From a bacterium (GTDB lineage: Bacteria > SM23-31): DNA of 64,000 nucleotides. The stretch lies in assembly GCA_965249485.1 (NCBI GenBank), contig OZ252239.1, positions 1,056,001 through 1,120,000 of the forward strand, read 5' to 3'. Both the position numbers and the translations under genes were made by a program. The notes beneath the pieces were generated by a model. The model searched no databases. It was not told the DNA's origin and was given only the letters and a program-made list of their open reading frames with translations. Positions within the stretch are counted from its first letter, which is position 1; every line of letters begins with the position of its first letter. This document shows positions 22,290-32,089 of the stretch, piece after piece.

Positions 22290-23204
22290 TCAGTAAATTT
22301 CTATTATACCAAACAACTCATCGAGCAGTGAGCGACTTGGTGACACCATGACTTTCATAACTGTCTGTTCATAAACCTGATACATTTGCGGCATCATTTT
22401 CCTCAGTTCGTCACTATTCCTTATTGCCCAATTATACCCTCCTTTGTCATGAGGCCTATTGAGGTCCCAAGCAGTTGAGATGAACTTATAACCGAATTCC
22501 TGAAGTTTAATCCTTAACCGGATTTCTTCATCTTCGAACCTTTCGTACATACTTTCGTCGTAATACTCTTTTTTTACAGCTTCCAGTAAAAACTGATAAA
22601 GCTTCGACGTTTTTGAAATGCCCCACTCATCGGGAAACGTGTAGTGAAGTCCTATGTCATTTGCATAGTGTAAGATGTGCTCGACGACTTCATGCACCTG
22701 GCCTACGGGTGGATCTTCATGAATAGTATCGCATACGCTGTTCTGACTTTTTGTGAAGCCCCACGCCACCTTATCTTCGGGAGACATGTCACGAAAACCG
22801 TTGAAGGTTTCATGCTGAACGAGAGGAATCAAAGCTCTATACGTGTACATGTTCCTTATAACCTCTTTTTGCAACGCTCCATCAATGGCTCCACCTTGTG
22901 GAAACATCTCTGTGATGGTTTGAGCGACTTTCTGCATAAAGGCATCGGAGATATCATCCCGGCCAATCAGAGTAATACCGTAGACCGTGAGTTTTTTCGT
23001 GAACGGCTTGTACTCGTCTGTCGGAACGACACCGCTATTCATATACAGATTGCTGGGTACTTCACCCAACGGTGAGATCAGGATGGCTCCCCCTATATGG
23101 GTTTTTTCCGTATCAGTCGATACCGATTCAACCTTTTCCGAACTACAAAAATTCAGAAGTAACGTCAAAGAAAGAATTACATAAAAAACAGGACGAATAG
23201 ACAT
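22290..23204 (-). CDS. Hypothetical lipoprotein, possible zinc-binding EHILH motif
   Basis: 304 aa with RBS; N-terminal 32 aa homologous to paralog 5; HEVVEHILHY and downstream QEF. Confidence 0.65.
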   Translation of the reverse strand: MSIRPVFYVILSLTLLLNFCSSEKVESVSTDTEKTHIGGAILISPLGEVPSNLYMNSGVVPTDEYKPFTKKLTVYGITLIGRDDISDAFMQKVAQTITEMFPQGGAIDGALQKEVIRNMYTYRALIPLVQHETFNGFRDMSPEDKVAWGFTKSQNSVCDTIHEDPPVGQVHEVVEHILHYANDIGLHYTFPDEWGISKTSKLYQFLLEAVKKEYYDESMYERFEDEEIRLRIKLQEFGYKFISTAWDLNRPHDKGGYNWAIRNSDELRKMMPQMYQVYEQTVMKVMVSPSRSLLDELFGIIEIY

Positions 23205-23416
23205 AATTGAATCTCCTTCAATTAGTATATATTCCCCAAATCAAACAACTGAAATAGATTAACATGGATTTTGTATGAGATATGACGCAATTTTAAGATG
23301 TGATGTACTTCATTAAAGCGTACAGGATATTTTGATATGTTTAATATAAATGTTAAGAAATACATGTGGCTTTAACAAGAGTTTTCTGCTCCTCGGGCTG
23401 TACGATTCGCGAACCT

Positions 23417-24841
23417 TTATCGAATGAGATAAAGCTCCTTTTGCGGTGGAGATAAATATTCGACTCCACTTTCGGTGGCAATCGTCTCCTCATGATCCCA
23501 CCAGAGTAAATATTGATCTTCGTCTTTATTGGATGTAGGTGACGGCATATAGACAAAATATTCTAAAACAAAGTGGTGAATTGGTGGAAGTGGTATATCC
23601 CACGCCCACGTCGAATTACCGAAAGTACCAACATTGGGGGCAAGATAATTCTCGGTCATCCTCTTACGCGCTCCTTTTACCATGCCATGGCAGCAGAGAC
23701 TCAGCTGGGTTCTTTCAGGGTCAAAACCTTCGGAAAAAACGGAGAAATTGTTCTTTGGCTGAACCATATGCAATTCATCCTCTTTGACAATGATTCCTGC
23801 CTCCTCAAATTTCCGTTTGTAGTTTCGAATTATTTCACGAGGGGTAAGTCCCGTCTTGATGGTTTCTACCAAAATCTTATCGATTTTCTTATATTCTCCC
23901 CAGAGTTTATTGATTTCCGGCGGCGGTTCAGACTCTCCTTCCCGGAGCACATAGGCGTACATTCCCTCACCAACTGCTGCAAGGATGTCACCTCCCTGGA
24001 CAACACTGTTGTCCCAGCCCGCACTCCTTCCCCTTTGGGACAGTCCCGTGCTCATACGGCGGAAGACAGTCACTTCTCCCCCCCGAGCTGGCGTTACACC
24101 CGGCACAACTTCATCAAAAATTTTCATTACACGTTCTACTTCCTCTTTACGCATTATCTTAAGCAGTTGAATTTCGCTCGGTACCGTTCTTATGGTGTAA
24201 TCCATCATCACATATTCAGACGAGACCATTCTGTTGGCATATTTATCACCGAGCTCTTCAGTCAATAGAACGTAGTCTGTATGCGACAAGCCGTCCCGTC
24301 TGTTGCCTTGACTTCCTCTGAAAGTCACATACGGTCCCAGATCATGCATGTAATTTACCGCAATGCGTTTGGGATTACGTGCTTCAACAAATTCTTTGAG
24401 GCCTTTAAACCGGTAATCATATTCCGTCATCGGGCTTGCAGGCCGTTGCTGCACACGAACTGAGGCGCCTATTATGTCGTAGGCTCCACTTTCTTCAACC
24501 AACTTAGTCTCCCAATCTACCTGTCCACGATGTGAAGCTCCCCAGCGACGTCCGAGAATCGCCCGTTCGATCCGGTCACCGCCACGGTCTGTGAAAATGA
24601 AAACACCGGAGGTACTGCCCAGGTCTTCTGCACCTAAGGGATCAGTAATTGCTTCTCTCATGACATGAATCCACATGTCGACATTGTTCTTCCGCATGGC
24701 TTCAGGCAGAACAAGGTCAAACTTCTCCCGGCGAATTTGATTATTCCATCCCTTCAGTTCGTCCTCTTCTTGAGCCTGTACATTGGCAAAAGGCACCGCT
24801 AACATCACAGATATTACAATAAACATTATTCGAAATATCAT
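23417..24841 (-). CDS. Exported M24-family protein, paralog 6
   Basis: 474 aa; signal peptide; KFDLVLPEAMRKNNVDMWIH, DGLSH, YAYVLREGE. Confidence 0.8.
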   Translation of the reverse strand: MIFRIMFIVISVMLAVPFANVQAQEEDELKGWNNQIRREKFDLVLPEAMRKNNVDMWIHVMREAITDPLGAEDLGSTSGVFIFTDRGGDRIERAILGRRWGASHRGQVDWETKLVEESGAYDIIGASVRVQQRPASPMTEYDYRFKGLKEFVEARNPKRIAVNYMHDLGPYVTFRGSQGNRRDGLSHTDYVLLTEELGDKYANRMVSSEYVMMDYTIRTVPSEIQLLKIMRKEEVERVMKIFDEVVPGVTPARGGEVTVFRRMSTGLSQRGRSAGWDNSVVQGGDILAAVGEGMYAYVLREGESEPPPEINKLWGEYKKIDKILVETIKTGLTPREIIRNYKRKFEEAGIIVKEDELHMVQPKNNFSVFSEGFDPERTQLSLCCHGMVKGARKRMTENYLAPNVGTFGNSTWAWDIPLPPIHHFVLEYFVYMPSPTSNKDEDQYLLWWDHEETIATESGVEYLSPPQKELYLIR

Positions 24842-25257
24842 GACGTGCTCCTCTATTAATTTTTGCTGATAAATATTAAGTCAAGTGTTTGACATTTCCA
24901 AGGATTTTCTACTCCCCATTCATGTAACCCATCTTCACAAATCCCTAAACATTCATAAACGATCCGGTTATGCTTTCCCAAGGTTAAAATATAAGAGTGC
25001 TTATGTCCTCTGACTGGTTAATCCCCGCATGAAAATATACACTTAGGTGAATATATGATATAATTTCACAAATATCTCTTGGTATTGCATGTAGATGTTT
25101 GCCACGGAAAAGGTTATCTACGCCCATATTGACACCTGTGTCTATCCCGGAGATTGTGTGTATTCGGTGAGAAGTGTATTAAAATGACACATTAATGGTT
25201 TGGTGCTAAGAAATTGGGTTATACATACTTAGAGGTACATGTGATATAGAGTAATAA

Positions 25258-26175
25258 TTAGAACGGGGACCATGCCGGTTCATATTCGGTAGCGGGATTA
25301 ATGGTCAACCTGATTTGATTGGATCCGTCCACATTCATTATGTATATCTCTTTATTACCATCCCTGTCCGATTCAAAAATAATCCTCAAACCATCAAAAG
25401 ACCAGGACGGATGCCCGTCATTAAACGTGTTGTTGGTTATCCGGGTTTGATTGGATCCGTCTGCATTCATTACATAAATCTCACTGTTACCGTCCCTGTT
25501 GGACACAAACACGATTTTTGAGCCGTTGGGAGACCAGCGGGGAGAATTGTCACCAGCGGGATTATTCGATACATTAATGGGGTCGGACCCGTCGGTATGA
25601 ATGACAAAGATCTCTAAATTTCCTTCCCTATCGGTGTCAAAGGCAATCCGTGTACCGTTGGGGGACCAAGACGGATACCCCTCGGTTGCAGCATTGTCGG
25701 TTAACCTGGTCTGATTGAAGCCGTCGGCATCTATCACGTAGATTTGCGCATTTCCATCCCGGTTTGATTCTACAGCAATCATTGAACCATCGGGAGACCA
25801 TGAAAGATACCCTTCATTGGAGGGCGTATTGGTTATCCGGATTTGATTGGAGCCGTCGGGATTCATTACGTAAATTTCGATATTTCCGTCCCTGTCGGTT
25901 ACAAAAGCAATCTGAGAACCGTCAGGAGACTAGGTTGCAAATCCGTCGTACGAGGTATTTTCGGATAATCTGGTTACAGCAGTACCGTCTGTGTTCATCA
26001 GGTAAATCTCCGGATTTCCATCCCTGTTCGATTCAAAAGCGATCTTAGATAGAGAAAATTTTTGTGCTTCAGACGCAGACTGCCCTGTACAGGACACCAT
26101 TACACACAGTAAGACAAAAGTAGTGCTGCTCACAAGTGCAATCACATAAAGCGGGACATTTCTATTCCTCTTCAT
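25258..26175 (-). pseudogene. TolB-like PD40-repeat lipoprotein with one nonsense codon
   Basis: Repeated WSPDG...F.S.RDGN.EIY units; TAG at 25930-25932 replaces the W of a WSPDG repeat; both ORFs share a frame. Confidence 0.85.
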
Positions 26176-26748
26176 ATAGTCCTCAGTATAATTATTATGT
26201 GTTTGACTATCATATATCAAAATTGCTGCAGTATTAATTTAATAATTAGAATGCAAGAAGATTATTTATGAAAAAACGTGTTTTAGTATTAATCCGATAT
26301 TCTCCATATCAATTCTCTGAAAGAAATTAATTGGGTCGTATATGAAATATAACGCTTTCTTAAGATGTGATGTACTTTGTCAGAGTGTTCTGGTTAATAT
26401 TAATTGTAAGATATACTTGCGGCTTCTGCAAGTGTTTTTTACTCCCCGGGCTTCCGTATTCTTCCAGATATATTTTGAGGCATTGAATCTTCACTACTAT
26501 AAGAATACAAAAAAGTCACAATAAACGAGTAGATAATTATTTCAAAAGACAATTATTGTTTGTAACTGGATAGTTCATTTATTATATTGGCACGATACCT
26601 TTGAAAGATCCCAAGTCAAACTCTTTCAAAATATTGATTCTAAACTACAAGATTTAGAAATCATGATAAGTTCTCACCCTCTTTTGCCTTAAATATATGT
26701 CAGAATGAATTAGTGATTTTTTATTCAATATAAACAGGAGGAAGAAAT

Positions 26749-28845
26749 ATGAAGTTTTTTCTCTCAACACATAGATTCTTTTGGTCTCTTTTTATTAGCT
26801 TACTACTATGCGTCAATGGATATGCGCAGGAGTTTTCTTTTGTATTTGATCCGTCTTCTCTTGAACTGGAAATCGGCGAGATCGCCGACCTGACTATAGA
26901 ACTACAGGATTCTGATGGGAATAACGTCGAGCAGCCATTTATCGTGTTCTTCAGCGGCCGCGACTCACGTCGTGCATTGACGTTAAGTCGGCGCAACAGC
27001 ATGGATGGCGGGTCGTTAGACACTCGAGTACAAGCACATAAATCGGGTAATTATGAATTAATTGCCCGGATTTTAAGTGGACCGGAATTTGACGATGAAG
27101 ATGATGATCAATTTCAGGCAGTCATTCCCGTAGTTGTTTCTTTCCCACCACTGGAAAGGATTACATTGTCATATCATGGCGACCGTATATATATCGGAAC
27201 GACTGTCTCCATCGCATCCGAGGTTTATGACGCTGCCAATACACTGAGAAACGAAGTGGAAGTCAGTATGTCCAGCAGTGATAGCGACGTTGCTTCGTTT
27301 GACGAGTTCGGTAATTTGACGGCACATTCCCCTGGAACAATTAATATCACTGCGCATATTGATAATGTTCGAGAGAGTGCAAGAATACGTGTTGTTGAAA
27401 ATCCGGTACAATCGCTCGAACTTAAAAGTAATGTTGTAGAAGCACGGACAGGAGATGTATTACAATTTTCCGCAGTTGCCATGGATGGTAATGACAATCC
27501 GATTGATGATGCACCTGTTATCTATACATTTTCTGGTAAACCTATTGAAAAACTCGGCAAAACTCCTGCAGGGGAGATTGCTGAGGACGGCAGGTTTGTT
27601 GCGGAAACGCCAGGATTCTATACAATAATCGCCTCATCAGGAAATTTTCAGGACCGAAGGACTGTAAAAATTGTGCAGCGGTCGTACAACCAAAAGCTTG
27701 AAGTAGTATCGCACGGTGCGATTGAAGATGTTTATACTTCCGATCTGTGGGTGTGGGAAGGAATAGATGGCAGGGATTATGTCGTAACCGGGACCTGGGG
27801 CGCAAACGGTGAGGCTTATTTCTGGGATGTAACAGATCCTTCAAACATGGTACTTATCGATACGGTCACAGTCGATGCCCGTACGGTAAATGATGTAAAA
27901 GTATCGGAAGACGCCCGGATAGCGGTAATCAGCAGGGAAGGTGCCTCAAACCGGAAAAACGGGCTGGTAATACTTGACGTTTCCGATCCGTATAATGTGG
28001 AAATTATTTCACGGTTCGACGACGGTCTTACTGGCGGAGTTCATAATATTTTCATATATCAAGACCATGTGTATGCCGTTAATAACGGTGTACGTTACGA
28101 TGTTATTAATATCAAAGACCCTAAAAATCCATTTAAGGTCGGTAGTTTTGAATTAGACACTCCAGGCCATAGCGTCCATGATGTTTGGATAGAGAACGGC
28201 ATAGCCTATTCTTCCAATTGGCACGACGGTGTCCAACTTATTAATGTTGGTGGATCTCTTGAGGAGAGCCCTCTCGATGATTTACAGCACACACTCGGTC
28301 CGGAATTCAGCTCTTCAACAAAAATGGCCGGCTCACCGGAAAATCCGGTCCAATTTGCGAGCTACCAGTATCCAAGTGGTTGGAATCATGCTGCTTTTCC
28401 ATTCAGGAGTCAATCAACAGGTAAGTTCTATGTTCTTGCCGGGGATGAAGAATTCCCGACCGGTTTGGGAGTCAGAAATGACATACCAACGCCGTCAATT
28501 GCCGACGGCTGGATACATTTTATTGATTTTTCCAATCTTTCTAAACCAAAGGAAGAGGCTTACTACAGAGTAGCTGAAGCAGGTTCCCATAATTTCTGGG
28601 TGGATGGCGATTTGCTCTATGCAGCATTTTACAACGGCGGATTTCGCGTTGTCGATATGTCCGGCGATCTCATGGGTGATTTGTACAATCAAGGTAGAGA
28701 AGTTGCCAGATTCTATCCGATGCATCATAAAGGTATTATTCCAAACGCTCCAATGGTTTGGGGCCCGATGCCGCATAAAGGTATAATCTATTTTTCAGAC
28801 CATAATAGCGGACTGTGGGCGGTCAGACTTGTACAGAGTAATTAG
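26749..28845 (+). CDS. Exported Ig-like domain plus LVIVD-repeat protein
   Basis: Signal peptide; Big_2-like SSSDSDVAS segment; GLVILDVSDP, GGVHN, HDVWIENG, GFRVVD repeats. Confidence 0.8.
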   Translation: MKFFLSTHRFFWSLFISLLLCVNGYAQEFSFVFDPSSLELEIGEIADLTIELQDSDGNNVEQPFIVFFSGRDSRRALTLSRRNSMDGGSLDTRVQAHKSGNYELIARILSGPEFDDEDDDQFQAVIPVVVSFPPLERITLSYHGDRIYIGTTVSIASEVYDAANTLRNEVEVSMSSSDSDVASFDEFGNLTAHSPGTINITAHIDNVRESARIRVVENPVQSLELKSNVVEARTGDVLQFSAVAMDGNDNPIDDAPVIYTFSGKPIEKLGKTPAGEIAEDGRFVAETPGFYTIIASSGNFQDRRTVKIVQRSYNQKLEVVSHGAIEDVYTSDLWVWEGIDGRDYVVTGTWGANGEAYFWDVTDPSNMVLIDTVTVDARTVNDVKVSEDARIAVISREGASNRKNGLVILDVSDPYNVEIISRFDDGLTGGVHNIFIYQDHVYAVNNGVRYDVINIKDPKNPFKVGSFELDTPGHSVHDVWIENGIAYSSNWHDGVQLINVGGSLEESPLDDLQHTLGPEFSSSTKMAGSPENPVQFASYQYPSGWNHAAFPFRSQSTGKFYVLAGDEEFPTGLGVRNDIPTPSIADGWIHFIDFSNLSKPKEEAYYRVAEAGSHNFWVDGDLLYAAFYNGGFRVVDMSGDLMGDLYNQGREVARFYPMHHKGIIPNAPMVWGPMPHKGIIYFSDHNSGLWAVRLVQSN

Positions 28846-28865
28846 CATCGAAGGGGATTAATTGA

Positions 28866-29963
28866 ATGACAATCAAAAAAATGACTTTCATAGTAATAAT
28901 CTGCTTGGCTGTTTTCGGGTATGATCTTTCTCAGGCGCAGGATTATTATATCTATGTTGCCTCGGAATCGGAAGACGAAGTTTCAATCGTTCGTTTTAAT
29001 GGAAAAACGGCACTAGTAGATAAAAAAATACCTGTTGGGATATGGCCAGTTGAGATTGAAGGACCACACGGACTTACCATAAGTCCTGACGGTAATTTCT
29101 GGTTCCTTTCCATTGCACACGGTAGACCCTATGGGAAGGTTTATAAATATGCGACCGGGACAGATGAATTGATTGGAGAAATTGAATTGGGCTTTTTTCC
29201 GGCAACAATGGAGATTTCCAAGGCGACAGGATTGTTATATGTTGTGAATTTTAACTTGCACGGAGATCATGTTCCAAGTTCGGTATCGATTGTCGATCCT
29301 GAATCGATGATCGAGCTGGAACGGGTAACGACCGGAATCATGCCTCACGGATCGCGGCTTTCTCCGGACGGATTGAATCACTATTCGGTCGCAATGATGT
29401 CGAGTGAATTATATGAGATAGATGCAGTGACATTCGAACTAAAACGTAAATTGTTTGTAGGGGATATGCCCAATATGATGTCAATGGGTGCTATGGATCA
29501 TTCCAAACACACCATGCCGACCTATAATCCTACATGGGCAATGCCGCATCCGTTCAAGGACGTTGTCTATGTAGCGAATAATGGAGCGGCGGAAGTTATT
29601 GAGGTCGATCTTAAACAATGGGAGATCACAAGACATTTTAAAACAGCTCCCGGACCCTATAATATTGCTGTCAGTCCGGATGGGAACCAGATGGCGGTCA
29701 CGTATAAAACAGACGGTTCTACGGGGGTGTGGGATTTGAATAGCGGTGAGGAAGTTGCCAGGATTACCAATAGCAGGGAAGTTTCACATGGAATTGTCAT
29801 TTCTCCTGATAACCGGTTTGGTTTTGTTTCGGTTGAGGGAAAAGGTTCCGAACCTGGTTCCGTAGATGTCATTGACCTGAAGGCACTCAAACATGTTGCA
29901 TCTGCCGATGTTGGTAAACAGGCAGGCGGGATAGCATTCTGGAAAATTGCAATTAACCACTGA
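28866..29963 (+). CDS. YVTN/YncE-type beta-propeller protein
   Basis: Signal peptide; GPHGLTISPDG, PHGSRLSPDG, YVANN, HGIVISPD repeats; Met/His-rich loop MPNMMSMGAMDHSKHTM. Confidence 0.8.
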   Translation: MTIKKMTFIVIICLAVFGYDLSQAQDYYIYVASESEDEVSIVRFNGKTALVDKKIPVGIWPVEIEGPHGLTISPDGNFWFLSIAHGRPYGKVYKYATGTDELIGEIELGFFPATMEISKATGLLYVVNFNLHGDHVPSSVSIVDPESMIELERVTTGIMPHGSRLSPDGLNHYSVAMMSSELYEIDAVTFELKRKLFVGDMPNMMSMGAMDHSKHTMPTYNPTWAMPHPFKDVVYVANNGAAEVIEVDLKQWEITRHFKTAPGPYNIAVSPDGNQMAVTYKTDGSTGVWDLNSGEEVARITNSREVSHGIVISPDNRFGFVSVEGKGSEPGSVDVIDLKALKHVASADVGKQAGGIAFWKIAINH

Positions 29964-30037
29964 AGACTCCCCGGGCTGTACGATTCACTAACGTTTTCAA
30001 TGGTGATCTACTTCCCTCCAATAGCTTAACCGCCACA

Positions 30038-31620
30038 TTACCAGGGCAATGGCCAAACACGGGGCAGTTTTTCTTCCCGCATGGCGGCATGGTACGCAAA
30101 AGTCGCCACAACCACTGCTGTCTGCATCATGCCTTCCGGAAAGAGGCGTTCATACACGTCCATGTTGATGTGGGCGGTATAGTCAAGCATATCATATGCG
30201 TCATGATTAAAATAAAATCCGAGCAATCCGACATCAGTGTATGCCTCGTGCGTTGATCCAGTAGTGGAAAGATGTGACATCCCAATGCTATGCAGCGGTT
30301 TTATCCATTCTGTAAGTATCGCCCGAAGTTCTTCGCTTCCCATAATTGAAACACTCCGTATTTTGCTGGGACCGATATCCTGATCAAAATAGGCGACAAG
30401 ATTATTATAATCCTTTTTGTACTCTTTTGTTACCGGGTCGGCAAAGTGTTTTCGAACATGAGCCCGGTTACCCGCTAATCCACTTCCATCATGTCCACCC
30501 CAGAGACCCATGCGAATAGTACGTCGTGGCTTAGCGCCGATCGCCTGAAGAATGCGTATTGCCTCTATAGAGGTAGTTGCTCCGGCACCATTATCTATTG
30601 CCCCGGTCCCGTGAGGCAAAGATTGAAGATGACCGCCAACTATTACTATTTCATGCGCAAGGTCTGTGCCCGGGATCTCGGCAATGACATTAAAATCAGT
30701 CGGGTCGCCTCTGTAAACCGTTGTTCTGACATCTATTTCCATTTCGACAGGAATGTCTTCTTCAAGAATATGCAATATCCGGTTATAATGCTCCACTGCC
30801 AAAACCAGCTCTAGTAGCTGGGGAGGCGTGTCAACGTCCCAAGGTTTCTCTATGGTAAAATATCTACCCGTTCCGGCGACGGATCCGAAATAATGGACCG
30901 GATCCGTTTTCGCGATTGCCACGGTACCCTCGGCAAACACAAAATCAACAATCTGTTGTTTCAATTCATTGGAGACGCGACTGCGAGGCTCTCTCGGTTC
31001 CGGGGGAAGAATGGGGACTTTCGACATCTCATCGAGCCGCTCTTCGCTCCACTCCACAGGGAATCCGTTTTCATGGCGAAAAGTGCCTGCCCGGTTCCAC
31101 ATTTGGACACCAAAAAGGGCGAGAGCTCCTGTATCGGCATTATGAACACGATTTTGCCTCGTAATTTTCCCCGATATTGTTCCAGATCCCTTACTGAAGT
31201 AATTTCATCAAAGTTGATGTGGATGGCATTTGCCCGGATCTTTCCATTTGTACCGGAAGACCACAGCGCGGGGAAAGCAATGATCGGCACATAATCAGGC
31301 GACATCATGTGCACGGAGACGTAATCAAAATCCCAGCCGTTGCCAAACTCATATCCCTCAAGGTGGGCATTCGTTAGACCGTACCCTTTGAGTCTGTCCC
31401 TGGCCCACTCCGCCGCCGCGCGATATGAAGGTGTTTTCGAGAACCGGCCTCCAAAAATATTGGTTATCATGTTGGCATTTTCCATAACATCAGAATTTGC
31501 AAATTCAAAATCCATGAGCTGCTGCACAACATCGTAGTAGACTTTTTCCTGGGCAGATATTGAAGATATTGCTATAAGCAGAAAATATAAACTGGCCATG
31601 AAAACGCACTTTGCTTTCAT
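30038..31620 (-). pseudogene. M28-family peptidase, frameshifted near 31100
   Basis: N-terminal ORF 30961..31620 and C-terminal ORF 30038..31102 (NVIAEIPGTD, GGHLQS, GAIDNGAG) are together homologous to 7347..8900. Confidence 0.8.
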
Positions 31621-32089
31621 AATCCCTCCTGATTAAAGTTTAAAACTGAAATTCTCTAATCAATTCTTAAAAGATCTTAATTTAGGTATGTGTTTAATGA
31701 AGACAACAATGAAAATGTGATATACTTGGTCAGAGCGTACCGGTTACTTTGATATGTTTAATTTAAATGGTAAGAGATACTAGTGGTTTTTGCAAGTATT
31801 TTCTACTCTCGGACCGTGTGTGACGTTTTGCGAACCTTTGAAGTAGAAATAAAATGCAGTATATTAAAAAAGTAAAGTGGACCCTACTGGTTAAAAGGTA
31901 GAACTTTTAGAAATGTGTTTAGACTTGAATATTAGTATGATACAAAATATTATTAGTAGAAAATGTATAGCATTTTGCTAACTTTTGAAGTAAAAATTGA
32001 ATCACTAATAAAAATTTTTATTTATAAATGCTGAAAACATTTACTTTTTCAGTTTTTCCTTTTAACTCCAAATTTCCAATATTTTTGAA

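Larger units (their letters stand above)
26441..29977. mobile_element. 3.5-kb insert flanked by 12-bp direct repeats ACTCCCCGGGCT
   Basis: Repeats at 26441-26452 and 29966-29977 split one copy of the intergenic site into left and right halves. Confidence 0.75.

Noticed and set aside
24920..25255. Possible gene remnant next to a left half site
   Set aside because: No convincing reading frame or recognisable motif by eye.
50..31840. Repeated intergenic motif as a CRISPR array
   Set aside because: Copies are degenerate and separated by whole genes, not 30-40 nt spacers; no cas genes seen.
50..31840. Repeated motif as classical integron attC or chromosomal dif
   Set aside because: No RYYYAAC...GTTRRRY ends with a long internal palindrome, no TTATGTTAAAT-like XerD arm, and no intI in the window.
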